Below are positions 55,057 to 64,000 of a stretch of DNA of 64,000 nucleotides, piece after piece. How positions within the stretch are numbered: the first letter of the stretch is position 1; the number at the start of each line of letters is the position of its first letter. A program made the position numbers and the translations under genes. The notes beneath the pieces were generated by a model. The model ran no database searches. It was not told where the DNA came from and was given only the letters and a program-made list of their open reading frames with translations. The stretch comes from an uncultured Eubacteriales bacterium (GTDB taxonomy: Bacteria; Bacillota; Sulfobacillia; DYIH01; JBBIPI01): the NCBI GenBank assembly GCA_964467515.1, contig CAYXQP010000001.1:1509-65508 (forward strand). The letters are read 5' to 3'.

Positions 55057-57594
55057 TCAGGCGGCGGCAGGGCGGAACCGCTTGAGCAGCAGCGTGTTCA
55101 GCGTCACCGACACGGAGCTCGTGGCCATGAAGAAGGCCGCCAGCTCCGGGCTCACGATCCAGCCCCGCCACGGGTAGAGCAGGCCGGCGGCGATGGGTAT
55201 GCCCAGCACGTTGTAGACGAAGGCCCAGAACAGGTTCTGCCACACCTTGCCCATGGTGGCCCTGGCCACCTGGAGGGCGGCCACCACCCCGCTCAGGTCC
55301 TCCCGGATGAGGATCACGTGGCCCGTCTCCTTGGCCACGTCGGTGCCGCTGCCGATGGCGATGCCCACGTCCGCCTGCGCCAGCGCCGGGGCGTCGTTGA
55401 CGCCGTCGCCCACCATGGCCACCTTGCGGCCCTCGCCCTGCAGGGCGGCCACCTCCCGCGCCTTGTCGCCCGGCAACACCTCGGCCAGCACCCGCTCGAT
55501 GCCCACCTGCCGGGCGATGGCCCGCGCCGTCCGGGCATTGTCGCCCGTGATCATCACGACCTCCAGGCCCAAGCGCCTGAGGGCGGCCACGGCCTCGGCC
55601 GCGCCCGGCTTCACCGTGTCGGCCACAGCCACCACGCCCTTGAGCTCGCCGTCCGCGGCCAGGAACATGGCCGTCTTCCCGTCTTCCTCCAGCCGCTCGG
55701 CCAAGCCCAGCACCCCTTCGCTGGTCACGCCCCGCTCCCGCATGAGCTTCCGGTTGCCGAGCAGTACCCGGCGGCCACCCACCCGCGCCTCGACCCCGTG
55801 GCCCGGTATGGCCTGGAAGGACGCGGGTTCCGCCACCTCCACCCCCTGGTCGCGCGCCGCCCGCACGATGGCCTCGGCCAGCGGGTGCTCCGAGTACCGC
55901 TCCACAGCGGCCGCCAGGGCCAGGGCCTCGCTGCACCAGAAGGGGCTCTCCACCGGCCGCCCCTCCTCCACCGCCACCACGTCGGTGACGGAGGGCTCGC
56001 CCCGGGTGAGGGTGCCCGTCTTGTCGAAGACGATGGTGTCGAGGCGCGTGGCCGCCTCCACCGCGTCGGCACCCTTGAAGAGGATGCCGTTCTCCGCCGC
56101 CTTGCCGATGCCGGCCATCATGGCGCTGGGCGTGGCCAGGCCCACGGCGCAGGGGCAGGAGATGACCAGCACCGTCACGCTCAGGAGGAGGGCGAAGCCG
56201 AAGGGGCCGATCTCCCCCAGCGTGTACGGCGAGAGGAGGAAGCGGCTCTCGGGCCGGAAGAAGGCGCCGTAGCCGTAGAAGAGCCAGAAGAGGAAGACGA
56301 TGAGCGACAGCGCGTGCACGCCCAGGATGAAGTGGCCCGCCACCCAGTCGGCCAGGCGCTGGATGGGCGCCCTGGAGCCTTGGGCCTCCTCCACCAGGCG
56401 GATGATCTGGGCCAGGGCCGTCTCCTTGCCCACCCTGGTGGCGCAGAACCTGAGCATCCCCGTCTTGTTGATGGTGCCGCCGGTGACGGCGTCTCCCTGC
56501 CTCTTCTCCACGGGTAGGCTCTCGCCCGTGAGCATGGACTCGTCCACGGCCGAGTAGCCCTCCAGCACCACCCCGTCCACCGGCACCGACTCGCCCGGCC
56601 GCACCACCACCACGTCGTCCACCCGCACCTCGTCCGCCGCCACCTCCACCTCCCGCCCGTCGCGGACCACGCGGGCCACCTTGGGCTGGAGCTTCATCAA
56701 CCGGCGGATGGCCTCGGAGGTGCGCCCGCGGGTGAGGGCCTCCAGGTACCGGCCGAGGACGATGAACATGGTCAGGAGGGCCGCCGACTCGAAGAAGACG
56801 GCCTTCTCCCCGCCGAAGCCCGCCCGGGGGAAGAGGGTGTTGACGACGGCGATGAGGTAGGCGGCGCCGATGCCCGTGGCGTAGAGGAGGTTCATGTCCG
56901 TGACGCCCCGGCGCAGCCCGTGGTAGGAGTTGCGGAAGAACTGCCATCCCGGCCCCGCCACCACGGGGGTGGTCAGGAGCCACAGCAGGTAGCGGTTGCC
57001 GAACCAATGGGGGAGAAAGCCCACGTAGTTGCTGAAAGTGCCGGCCATAACCAGGAGGGAGAGGGGCACGGCCAGGAGGAGGTGGCGCCGCTGCCGGACG
57101 ATCTCCCGCTGCCTGGCCTCCTGCTCCCGGTCGATGGCCTCGACCCCTTCCAGCACCTGGCGGGCCGGGTAGCCGATCCCCTCGAGCAGCCGCCTCAGCT
57201 CGGCCGGCTCCACCAGGCCGGCGTAGTAGGCGATGCGCGCCACCGACGTGGCCTGGTTGACCTCCGCCTCCACCACGCCCGGGACGCCGCGCAGGGCCTT
57301 CTCCACCACCCCGGCGCAGTGGGGGTTGTCGGCGCCCTCCACGAAGAGCCGCAGCTCCTCCCGCGCCACCCGGTAGCCCACGTCGGCCACGGCCCGGGCC
57401 AGCTCCTCCGGCGAGGCCCGCCCGGGCTCGAAGGTCACGGCCGCCTGGCCGGCCGCCAGGTTGACGGTGGCCTCCCTCACCCCGGGCACGTTGCGCAGGG
57501 ATTCCTCCACGGCCCGCACGCAGGCGGCGCAGGTCATGCCCTCCACCTTGAGCGTGCAGCGTTCCTGCTCGGCCAACGTCACCACCCTCGCCAA
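55057..57594 (-). CDS. copA: Copper-translocating P1B-type ATPase CopA with two N-terminal HMA domains
   Basis: 845 aa with the motifs GMTCAACV and [11 protein letters not shown] (HMA), CPC, DKTGTLT and GDGVNDAP. Confidence 0.9.
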   Translation of the reverse strand: MARVVTLAEQERCTLKVEGMTCAACVRAVEESLRNVPGVREATVNLAAGQAAVTFEPGRASPEELARAVADVGYRVAREELRLFVEGADNPHCAGVVEKALRGVPGVVEAEVNQATSVARIAYYAGLVEPAELRRLLEGIGYPARQVLEGVEAIDREQEARQREIVRQRRHLLLAVPLSLLVMAGTFSNYVGFLPHWFGNRYLLWLLTTPVVAGPGWQFFRNSYHGLRRGVTDMNLLYATGIGAAYLIAVVNTLFPRAGFGGEKAVFFESAALLTMFIVLGRYLEALTRGRTSEAIRRLMKLQPKVARVVRDGREVEVAADEVRVDDVVVVRPGESVPVDGVVLEGYSAVDESMLTGESLPVEKRQGDAVTGGTINKTGMLRFCATRVGKETALAQIIRLVEEAQGSRAPIQRLADWVAGHFILGVHALSLIVFLFWLFYGYGAFFRPESRFLLSPYTLGEIGPFGFALLLSVTVLVISCPCAVGLATPSAMMAGIGKAAENGILFKGADAVEAATRLDTIVFDKTGTLTRGEPSVTDVVAVEEGRPVESPFWCSEALALAAAVERYSEHPLAEAIVRAARDQGVEVAEPASFQAIPGHGVEARVGGRRVLLGNRKLMRERGVTSEGVLGLAERLEEDGKTAMFLAADGELKGVVAVADTVKPGAAEAVAALRRLGLEVVMITGDNARTARAIARQVGIERVLAEVLPGDKAREVAALQGEGRKVAMVGDGVNDAPALAQADVGIAIGSGTDVAKETGHVILIREDLSGVVAALQVARATMGKVWQNLFWAFVYNVLGIPIAAGLLYPWRGWIVSPELAAFFMATSSVSVTLNTLLLKRFRPAAA

Positions 57595-57685
57595 CCGTTG
57601 TTATCGGAAACAGGTTACCTCTTTGAACCGGCAGCTACAAAACCACCTGCTTCGGCCCGGATGGCTTCGCCGACGCCGGCCCCCA

Positions 57686-58660
57686 TCACTCCTCGGCGCC
57701 GCTGTGCCAGAACCGCCCGCCGTCCTCGCTCCGGTAGACCCGGCCCCAGCCGTCCACCGCCAGGATCACGTCGGGCCGGGAGGGGCTCACGGCGGCGGCC
57801 ACGGCGTCGGCCACGCCCAGCGGCCGCCAGGTGGCTCCCTCGTCCGCGCTCACGAGCACCCCCCGGTCCGTGGTGGCCAGGAGCCGGCCGCCCCTGGCGT
57901 CGAACGAGAGCCCCATCACCATGGCACCGACGGGGGTGAGCGTGGTTCACGTACGGCCGCCGTCCCGGCTGACCAGGACCCCCTTCTCCATGGTCCCCGC
58001 CCAGATCACGTCCTCCCCGGCGGTGCGGCCGGCCCGCACGGCCAGCCCGTGGGTGGACTGGGGCAGCTCGGCGGTGACGTCGGTCCACGTCCCGCCGCTG
58101 TCCTCGCTGCGCAGGAGCCCCCGACCCACCACAAAGGCGTACAGGCGACCAGGATCGCCGTCGGCGAGGGCCAGACCGTGCACGTCGGCGCTGGCGAGGT
58201 CCCGGCTCGCCCGCCAGGTGCGCCCGCCGTCCTCGCTCACGGCGAAGCCCAGGTGGATGCCGGCGTAGACGCGGCCCGGCCGCGCCGCGGAAGCGGCGAG
58301 CCCCATGATGTCGCCGCCCAGCGCGGCCTGCTGCCACGTCCGCCCGCCGTCCTCGGTGAGGAAGAGCCCCTGGTGCGTGCCGGCCACGGCCCGCCGGTCG
58401 TCGGCCGGGTCGAAGACGAGGGCGTGGAAGTCGCCGGCCCCTATCTTCCACGCGGACCCGCCGGCCGAGGCCCCGCCGCCCGCGGGCGAGCGCCTGTCCA
58501 GCCACACGGTCAGGCCCACCAGCACCAAGCCCAGCACCACGGCGCCTGCCACCAACGGTAGGAGGCCTCGCCCCGCCTCTCCCCGGCGCCGCCCGGGCGC
58601 CGCTTCCTTCTTACCGACCGGTGAAGCCGCCTTCGTGGGAGATGCCGCGCCGCCCTTCAC
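57686..58660 (-). pseudogene. Membrane-anchored BNR/Asp-box repeat protein (Ycf48-like beta-propeller) interrupted by one in-frame TGA
   Basis: ORFs 57947..58660 and 57686..57922 are in the same frame, separated only by the TGA at 57947..57949. Four Asp-box-like repeats precede the TGA and four follow it. The TGA falls where the conserved Trp of S-x-D-x-G-x-T-W should be (SRDGGRT-*). Confidence 0.55.
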
Positions 58661-58789
58661 CGCCCATCGCTCCTCCCGCGCTCTGTCCGTTCCAGCTTAG
58701 TCTCCCCGCTTGTGGCGATGGTGTAAGGGATGTGTGGATCTTGTGAAGCACGGCCGCCGGCAGGGCGCGATCGCCCACGTCGCGACGCG

Positions 58790-59799
58790 CTAGCCGATGT
58801 GCGCCACGCCCGGGACGAGGGCGGCCAGGACCCCGAGCAGCACCGCCCCCGCCGTGACGACCGCCAGGGGGACGAGCACCGGCCAGCGGCGGCGCGGGTC
58901 GTCCGTCGGACTCCGATCGAGGAACGGGAAGATGACCAGGAAGGCCAGCAACAGCATGGGCACCCAGAAGAGGGAGGCTACGCCCAGGCGGTTCTCCAGG
59001 GCGTAGAGGGGCAGGAAGACCCACGGGGGCTTCGTCACCTCGATCCCCTCGACGCCCGGCGGTCCGAGCGGCGCCGGCCGGAGCGCGGCCAGGAGGACGA
59101 GGGCGCCCGCCAGCAGGAGGCCGTAGGCCGCCAGCACGCCCAGGTGCTCGAGGAAGGTGGATGCGGCCTCGTCCCGTCCCCGCGGCGGCGCCTCCTTCCC
59201 CTCCGGCCCGGCGGCCACGGCCAGGCCGTGCACCCGGACGAGGAAGAAGTGGGCCACGAGGAGCAGCGTGATAGGAAGGGGAGCATGGAGATGTGGCTCA
59301 CGAAGGTCCTGAGGAGGAGGGGAACCCTCTCCACCGGCGCGGCCGAGAACCAGAGCCCGAGGGAGGCCAGGAAGCCGGCGATAGCCTCGTTGTGGGCCAT
59401 GGCCTCCACGGCCTCCTGGTCGGCCCGGAGCACCGTCCCGGTGAAGTACACGCCCACCGTTAGAAAGAGGAGAGCGACACCGACGAGCCAGTTGGCCTCC
59501 CGGGGCCGGCGGTAGGAACCCCACCAGGCGACGCGCAGGAGGTGCAGGATAACGGCCAGAATCATGGCCTGGGCCGCCCAGAAGTGGACGCCGCGCACGA
59601 AGGAGGCGCGCCCGCTCCGCGCTATCTCGCTCACGCTCTGCCAGGCGGCATCGGGCATGGGGTGGTAGGAGCGCGCCAGCGCCAGGCCGGTGACCAGGAG
59701 CAGCGCGAAGCTCACGAGGGCCAGCCCGCCCCTGGCCCGGCGGACGGTCACCGGCGGCATCCGCTGCACGGCCTCGCTCCCGCCAGCCTGCTCCCTCAT
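58790..59799 (-). pseudogene. Cytochrome b of a b6f/bc-type complex (fused b6 plus subunit-IV-like) with an apparent 1-nt deletion in a C4 (G4 on +) tract
   Basis: The N-terminal frame from the ATG at 59799 reads MREQAGG...FVRGVHFWAAQAMILAVILHLLRVAWWGSYRRPREANWLVGV...RTFVSHISMLP. At about 59277..59280 it shifts into the frame reading ...LLLVAHFFLVRVHG...KPPWVFLPLYALENRL.... One extra C would restore HISMLPLPITLLLVAHFF. Confidence 0.65.
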
Positions 59800-60355
59800 C
59801 GCCTGGTCCTCCTCCCGAGGAAGTACCCGCCGGCCGCCGCCAGGATGTAGCCGCTGGCAACGGCCAGGAGCAGGCCACCGTCGGCGGCCGGCCTCGGCTC
59901 GGGCGGCACCGCGGCGGGTGGGGGCACTGGGGCGAGGCCAGCAACAACGCCACCGCCTGCCGCACAAGGGTGGGCGCGTCCCGGGGGAGCTCCCCCTCAT
60001 GGGCCCGCGCCCCCTCGACCGTGCCGAGCGCCATCGCCACGACCACGCTCAGCGCCACCGTGAAGAACGTCCGCGCCATGCGACACGTCCTCCGCCCGCT
60101 GACCTGGAGAAGCATTTTCAGAGAAAACGGCCACCGGCACAAGGTAAATGTGTTGATATTGTGAATTCATAGGGTAAGAGTAGACGTAAAGCGCCCGAGC
60201 GATAGAATGGTAACCGGTGATGAAACATGTCTGCCGGGGGCAAAGGCACAGGCGGCAAGGCTGCTGCGACCTCTTCCACGGCTTCGACCGGTGGCCGGGG
60301 CCGGCAGCGGCGGAACCGGGGGCGGAGTCCATGGAAACCGCGCGTGGGTTTAGGT

Positions 60356-60871
60356 ATGATCGTCGGGAGTGCAGGTGTCTTCCTGGTCCTGCTTCTCCTT
60401 TTGGCCAGAGGGTGGCCGAAGCCAGCGGGGCAAGATGCCTCACCCTCCCCGGCCGGCCCCGGCAGCCCGGCGGCGGAAGGCGCAGCGGCCCTCGGTCCGG
60501 ATTCCCCCCGGGACGAAATCGTCGCCGCCGCGCGCCGAGGCAATATCTCCTCCCTCTGGAAGGGAGGAGATACGCGCCCCCTGCTGAATCCCGAGCAGTT
60601 TACCGGAGAGCGTTTCAACGGCCTTGACGTGGCCGAGGGTTACCGTCTCGCCGCGGCGACTCCGCCCGACGTCCTGGATGAGATCTTCTGCTACTGTTAC
60701 TGTGCGTTGAACCACGGGCACAGGAGCCTCCTGAGCTGCTTCACGGACATGCACGCAACCCGGTGCGTGGTCTGCCTGCGCCAGGTGCGGCGGGCCTACG
60801 AGCTCTACCGCCAGGGCGCCGACATCCGCCGGATAGAGGAGACCATCGACCGCGAGTTCGCTGTAGGCTAG
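60356..60871 (+). CDS. PCYCGC-motif family protein (Cys-rich, N-terminal signal/TM); function unknown
   Basis: The ATG at 60356 is preceded by an AT-rich promoter-like island at 60120..60215 (TTGATA...TAAGAG; TAGAAT). The protein has the hydrophobic N-terminus MIVGSAGVFLVLLLLLARG and ...DEIFCYCYCALNHGHRSLLSCFTDMHATRCVVC.... Confidence 0.5.
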   Translation: MIVGSAGVFLVLLLLLARGWPKPAGQDASPSPAGPGSPAAEGAAALGPDSPRDEIVAAARRGNISSLWKGGDTRPLLNPEQFTGERFNGLDVAEGYRLAAATPPDVLDEIFCYCYCALNHGHRSLLSCFTDMHATRCVVCLRQVRRAYELYRQGADIRRIEETIDREFAVG

Positions 60872-60963
60872 GGAAGGCGCGAAAACCGGCGCACCCGCGT
60901 CGTCGCCCCCACCGGCGTCGAGACCGGCATGGGCGACGGCGTCCGCGCCGTTCACAACCGCCA

Positions 60964-61506
60964 TCAGACCCGCGTCACCTGGCTCGGATCGTAGTTCAAC
61001 CGCCGGGTGATCTTGCCCGTGTCGACGATGACGGTCCCGTCCTTGATCTCGATGGCCATCAGGTCCATGGAGCGCGGGGCCGGGCCCGCCACCTTCTGCC
61101 CGGTGATCTCGTAGATGGACCCGTGGCACGGGCAGTGGAAGCGGCCCGGGTCCTCGGGCGGCGACCAGGGCACGGTGCAACCGAGGTGCGGGCACTTCCA
61201 GTACAGGGCCAGCAACCCTTCCGGCAGGCGTGCCAGGTAGAACTTGCCCTCGGTGACCTTGGTCACGCTGTTGACGGGGAAGTCGCCCACCCTGCCGGCC
61301 ACGACCTTGCCGCCGAAGCCGGTGGCCTTCATGGGCCAGAAGCTGCCCAGGCTCGCGACGCCGCCCTGGATCAGGAAGACCCCCACGGAACCCCACATGG
61401 CGTGCCGCAGCAATTGCCGCCGGGTGATCCGCCCTCCGGGCGTTCCCCCGGGCTTCCTCTCGGGCTTCTCCTGCGGCGTGCCCCTCTCCTTTTCCTCGCC
61501 AGCCAC
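60964..61506 (-). CDS. Rieske [2Fe-2S] protein of a cytochrome b6f/bc-type complex (Tat signal)
   Basis: ...RITRRQLLRHAMWGSVGVFL is a twin-arginine signal, and CPHLGC ... CPCHGS are the Rieske cluster ligands. The start is about the GTG near 61506; the ORF extends to 61719. Confidence 0.8.
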   Translation of the reverse strand: MAGEEKERGTPQEKPERKPGGTPGGRITRRQLLRHAMWGSVGVFLIQGGVASLGSFWPMKATGFGGKVVAGRVGDFPVNSVTKVTEGKFYLARLPEGLLALYWKCPHLGCTVPWSPPEDPGRFHCPCHGSIYEITGQKVAGPAPRSMDLMAIEIKDGTVIVDTGKITRRLNYDPSQVTRV

Positions 61507-61717
61507 GAGCAATCCCCCTGAGGCAGCGTACGCCACGCCCTTGGAGGCGCCGTGGAGGCGGTGTGGGGATTCTGTGAAGCGCGCGGCGGGGCCGGCGCTC
61601 CGGGGTCCGGCCGCCACCAAGGGCCGGCCGAAGCCGGAAGCCGGGCCGCCAGCATCCGGCCGTGACAAACGGGCGCCCGTCCCCGCGCGATAGGATGGTC
61701 GAGAAGGGGGTGGGGCC

Positions 61718-63391
61718 ATGCCGGCCGCGGTCTCCGGCTGGACGGTGCGCCGCCGCTACCGCCACATCCTCCAGACCCTGGCCCGCCACGGCCTCGGCTT
61801 CTCCCTGGCGCGCTACGGGCTGGCCGGCCTGATACCCTTCCACCGCGGCTGGCTCGGCCACCCGCCCCAGGCCGACCCGTACACCCAGGCCCAGCACCTG
61901 CGCCTGGCCCTGGAGGAGCTGGGCGTAGCCTTCATAAAGCTCGGCCAGGTCCTCAGCACCCGCGCCGACCTCCTCCCACCCGAATTCATCGAGGAGCTGT
62001 CGCGCCTGCAGGCCAGCGTGCCGCCCGTCCCCTTCGAGGAGATGGAGGCCGTGCTGCGGGAAGAGCTGGGCGAGGACTACCTGAGCCGCTTCGCCCGCTT
62101 CGACCGCGAGCCGCTGGCGGCCGCCTCCATCGGACAGGTCTACCGGGCGCGCCTGCGGACGGGGCCGGAGGTGGTGGTCAAGGTCCAGCGCCCCGGCCTG
62201 CGGGCCGAGGTGGCCGTGGACCTGGCCATCCTGCGGCGGCTCGCGCGCCGCGCCCTGCGGACGCGGGCCGGCGAGGTCATGGACGTGTCCGACCTCATGG
62301 AGGAGTTCGCCCTCACCCTGGAGAGGGAGCTCGACTACGTGGCGGAGGGGCGGAACGCCGACCGCTTCCGCGCCAACCTCAAGAACGTAGCCTGGGTGCG
62401 CATCCCCCGGGTGTTCTGGGAGCACTCCACCACGCGCGTCCTCACCATGGAGGCGGCCACCGGCGTCCGCAGCGACGACGAGGAAGCCCTCGACAGGCTG
62501 GGCTTGGACAGGCACGACCTGGCCGTGCGCTCGGCCCGCCTGCTCCTCAAGATGGTCTTCGAGGACGGCTTCTTCCACGCCGACCCCCACCCCGGCAACT
62601 TCTTCCTGGGCGAGGACGGCTCCCTTACCCTCGTCGACTTCGGCATGGTGGGGTCCTTCGGCGAGGTGCAGCGGGAGCGCCTGGTGGCGCTCCTGGGTGC
62701 CCTGGCCCGCCAGGACGCCGAGGCCCTGGTGGAGGCCATGCTGGACCTCGGCGCCGGTCTCTCGGCCCTCCAGCGGCAGGCCCTCACCCAGGAGGTGGGG
62801 CGCCTGCTCTCCAAGTACGCGGAGCGGACCCTTGCCGACATCTCCCTGCAGGTCCTGATGACGGAGCTCTTCCAGGTCGCCTACCGCCACCGCCTGCGCC
62901 TGCCGTCCAACCTGGCCCTGCTGGCCAAGACGGTGGCCATGGCCGAGGGGCTGGGGCGGCGCCTCGACCCCGGCTTCCGGTTCATGGACGTGCTCCTGCC
63001 GTATAGCCGGCGGCTCCTTCTCCGCGAGTACGGCCCCCGCGGCTTCAGCCGGCGCCTCCCGCTCCTGGCGGAGGAACTCCTGGAGGCGACGCCGCGCCTG
63101 CCCGGCACCCTCTACCGCGTGCTCAGGCGCGCCGAGCGGGGCGATATGAGCTGGCAGGCCGACGCCCGCCAGTACGCCGACCTCACGGCCCTTCTCCGGG
63201 GCGCCGCCGCCCGCCTGGCGGCCAGCGTCCTCCTGGCCGGACTCCTCGTGGCGGCGGCCGTGCTCATCCAGGCCACCCACGACCACCCGGCTTCCCCCTG
63301 GCACCTCCTGGCCGGCGTGACCCTCGCGTCCGCCGGCGGGCTCGCGCTGTGGTTCCTCCGCGCCCTGCGCCGCTGGGCCAACCCGCCCTGA
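61718..63391 (+). CDS. ubiB: ABC1/UbiB-family atypical kinase
   Basis: 557 aa in the AarF/ABC1 kinase domain (...AAASIGQVYRARL...FHADPHPGNFFL...) with a C-terminal transmembrane region. Confidence 0.85.
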   Translation: MPAAVSGWTVRRRYRHILQTLARHGLGFSLARYGLAGLIPFHRGWLGHPPQADPYTQAQHLRLALEELGVAFIKLGQVLSTRADLLPPEFIEELSRLQASVPPVPFEEMEAVLREELGEDYLSRFARFDREPLAAASIGQVYRARLRTGPEVVVKVQRPGLRAEVAVDLAILRRLARRALRTRAGEVMDVSDLMEEFALTLERELDYVAEGRNADRFRANLKNVAWVRIPRVFWEHSTTRVLTMEAATGVRSDDEEALDRLGLDRHDLAVRSARLLLKMVFEDGFFHADPHPGNFFLGEDGSLTLVDFGMVGSFGEVQRERLVALLGALARQDAEALVEAMLDLGAGLSALQRQALTQEVGRLLSKYAERTLADISLQVLMTELFQVAYRHRLRLPSNLALLAKTVAMAEGLGRRLDPGFRFMDVLLPYSRRLLLREYGPRGFSRRLPLLAEELLEATPRLPGTLYRVLRRAERGDMSWQADARQYADLTALLRGAAARLAASVLLAGLLVAAAVLIQATHDHPASPWHLLAGVTLASAGGLALWFLRALRRWANPP

Positions 63392-63453
63392 GCCAGCTGT
63401 AGGAAGCGCCAGCATGACAGCAGCCCCCCTGACACACTTTGGGAGGTGACAGC

Positions 63454-63732
63454 ATGAGACTCGTGATCGGTGTCATGGGGACGGCCGACGCGCCCATCCC
63501 CGACGAAGCGCGAGAGAAGGCGCTGCGCCTTGGCAGGGCCGTAGCGCGGAGCGGCTGCATCCTCATCACCGGCGGCTGCCCGGGGCTTCCCTACGCGGCC
63601 GTGCAGGGTGCCAGGGCGGAGGGCGGCCTGGTGGAGCGGCTCATCGTCTATTACCGCGGGCAGCACTATAAGCGGCCCAACTGCTTCTGCCCCGCCGAGG
63701 ATGAGCAGGACGCCGAGGCCCGGGCCGGTTGA
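63454..63732 (+). CDS. LOG/TIGR00725-like Rossmann-fold protein (short)
   Basis: MRLVIGVMG...ALRLGRAVARSGCILITGGCPGLPYAAVQGA... resembles the N-terminal half of LOG/SLOG-family proteins. At about 93 aa it may be truncated. Confidence 0.45.
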   Translation: MRLVIGVMGTADAPIPDEAREKALRLGRAVARSGCILITGGCPGLPYAAVQGARAEGGLVERLIVYYRGQHYKRPNCFCPAEDEQDAEARAG

Positions 63733-63741
63733 CCCGGGAGG

Positions 63742-64000
63742 TTACGCCCCCACGTCGGCCCGGCGGGGATGGTGGAGGTGCTCCCTGGTGAGGGGCAGGG
63801 CGTTGTTGAGGCCCTTGGAGAAGAGGATCTGGTGCACGTCCAGGCCCGTCGTGCGAAAGGAGGCGGCGCTGGCCCGGAGGTACAGCCGCCACATGCGGAC
63901 GAAGCGCTCCCCGTAGGCGTCCCGCACCCTGTCCACTCGGGCTTCGAACCGTTCCGCCCACCGGTCCAGGGTCAGGGCGTAGTGCAACCGGAGGCTCTCC
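63742..64000 (-). CDS. cfa: Cyclopropane-fatty-acyl-phospholipid synthase, C-terminal part (the N-terminus lies beyond the window end)
   Basis: ...HYALTLDRWAERFEA...WRLYLRASAASFRTTGLDVHQILFSK... is the CFA-synthase C-terminal signature. The frame continues past 64000. Confidence 0.75.
   Translation of the reverse strand, partial: ESLRLHYALTLDRWAERFEARVDRVRDAYGERFVRMWRLYLRASAASFRTTGLDVHQILFSKGLNNALPLTREHLHHPRRADVGA

Noticed and set aside
57595-57690. CsoR/CopY-type operator upstream of copA.
   Set aside because: Only a weak 4-bp inverted repeat (GGTT...AACC) is present. No TACAnnTGTA or CsoR-like GC-rich palindrome was found, and no regulator gene is adjacent.
58790-60142. A single 450-aa ORF from ATG 60142 or 60079 through to 58790, which would make the MARTFF... 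signal peptide the N-terminus of cytochrome b.
   Set aside because: The middle about 250 residues of that frame are R/G/P-rich shadow sequence, whereas an alternative frame (59035..60000) gives unmistakable cytochrome b6 sequence from MREQAGG. I therefore read it as a small upstream ORF plus a frameshifted cytochrome b.

Overview
This is a very high-GC (about 70%) window, densely coding on both strands, with gene content typical of an endospore-forming Firmicute-like genome. I could not identify the organism beyond that (possibly a Thermaerobacter-, Symbiobacterium- or Limnochordia-like lineage), and the lineage guess itself is an inference from gene content, not from any sequence comparison.

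Reading 5' to 3' on the + strand:
- **Cell division and sporulation block (minus strand):** sigG (3' end cut by the window start), pro-sigma-E (sigE), its processing protease spoIIGA, ftsZ, ftsA and ftsQ/divIB.
- **Transporter and chemotaxis operon:** an MFS transporter (+), then a minus-strand chemotaxis operon with two tandem cheW genes, cheA, cheY, cheB, cheR and a CheX-like phosphatase.
- **Small proteins and methionine/one-carbon genes:** a DUF192 protein, a small hypothetical (+), and an orphan PxpA (LamB/YcsF family). Then metF (-), a divergent 2Fe-2S ferredoxin plus RACo-like corrinoid activase (+), an HD-domain protein, citramalate synthase, a DUF503 protein and an M23 peptidase (-).
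- **Stress and translation-related genes:** an Fe/Mn superoxide dismutase (-), an eRF1/Dom34-like protein with a C-terminal zinc ribbon (-), a methionine synthase lacking the activation domain (+), proline dehydrogenase (-), PEP carboxylase coupled to an upstream hypothetical (-), and motB/motA (-).
- **Biotin synthase and a candidate selenoprotein:** bioB (+) is followed by a thioredoxin-fold gene interrupted by an in-frame TGA with a downstream hairpin in the position of a bacterial selenocysteine insertion element.
- **Central-metabolism operon (minus strand):** a Re-citrate/homocitrate-synthase-family gene, mdh, class-I fumarase alpha and beta, sucC and sucD.
- **Cytochrome c maturation and cysteine synthesis (minus strand):** a System I cluster ccmE-F-A-B-C-D, then a CysO (ThiS-like), CysM and JAMM-protease cluster.
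- **Remaining genes:** a PLP-dependent decarboxylase (+, apparent frameshift), two muramoyl-alanine amidases flanking a CofE-like gene, an SRAP/YedK peptidase, a DUF302 protein and copZ/copA. Then a BNR-repeat protein with an internal TGA, a b6f-like cytochrome b (apparent frameshift), a PCYCGC-motif protein (+), a Rieske protein (-), a UbiB-family kinase (+), a LOG-like protein, and the 3' end of a cyclopropane-fatty-acid synthase (-).

No rRNA, tRNA, CRISPR array or mobile element was seen. Three apparent -1 frameshifts (in the decarboxylase, in cytochrome b, and in a small ORF upstream of cytochrome b) all sit in G-runs on the + strand, which suggests homopolymer undercalls in the assembly. 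Many start codons I derived by hand are approximate to within a few nucleotides.
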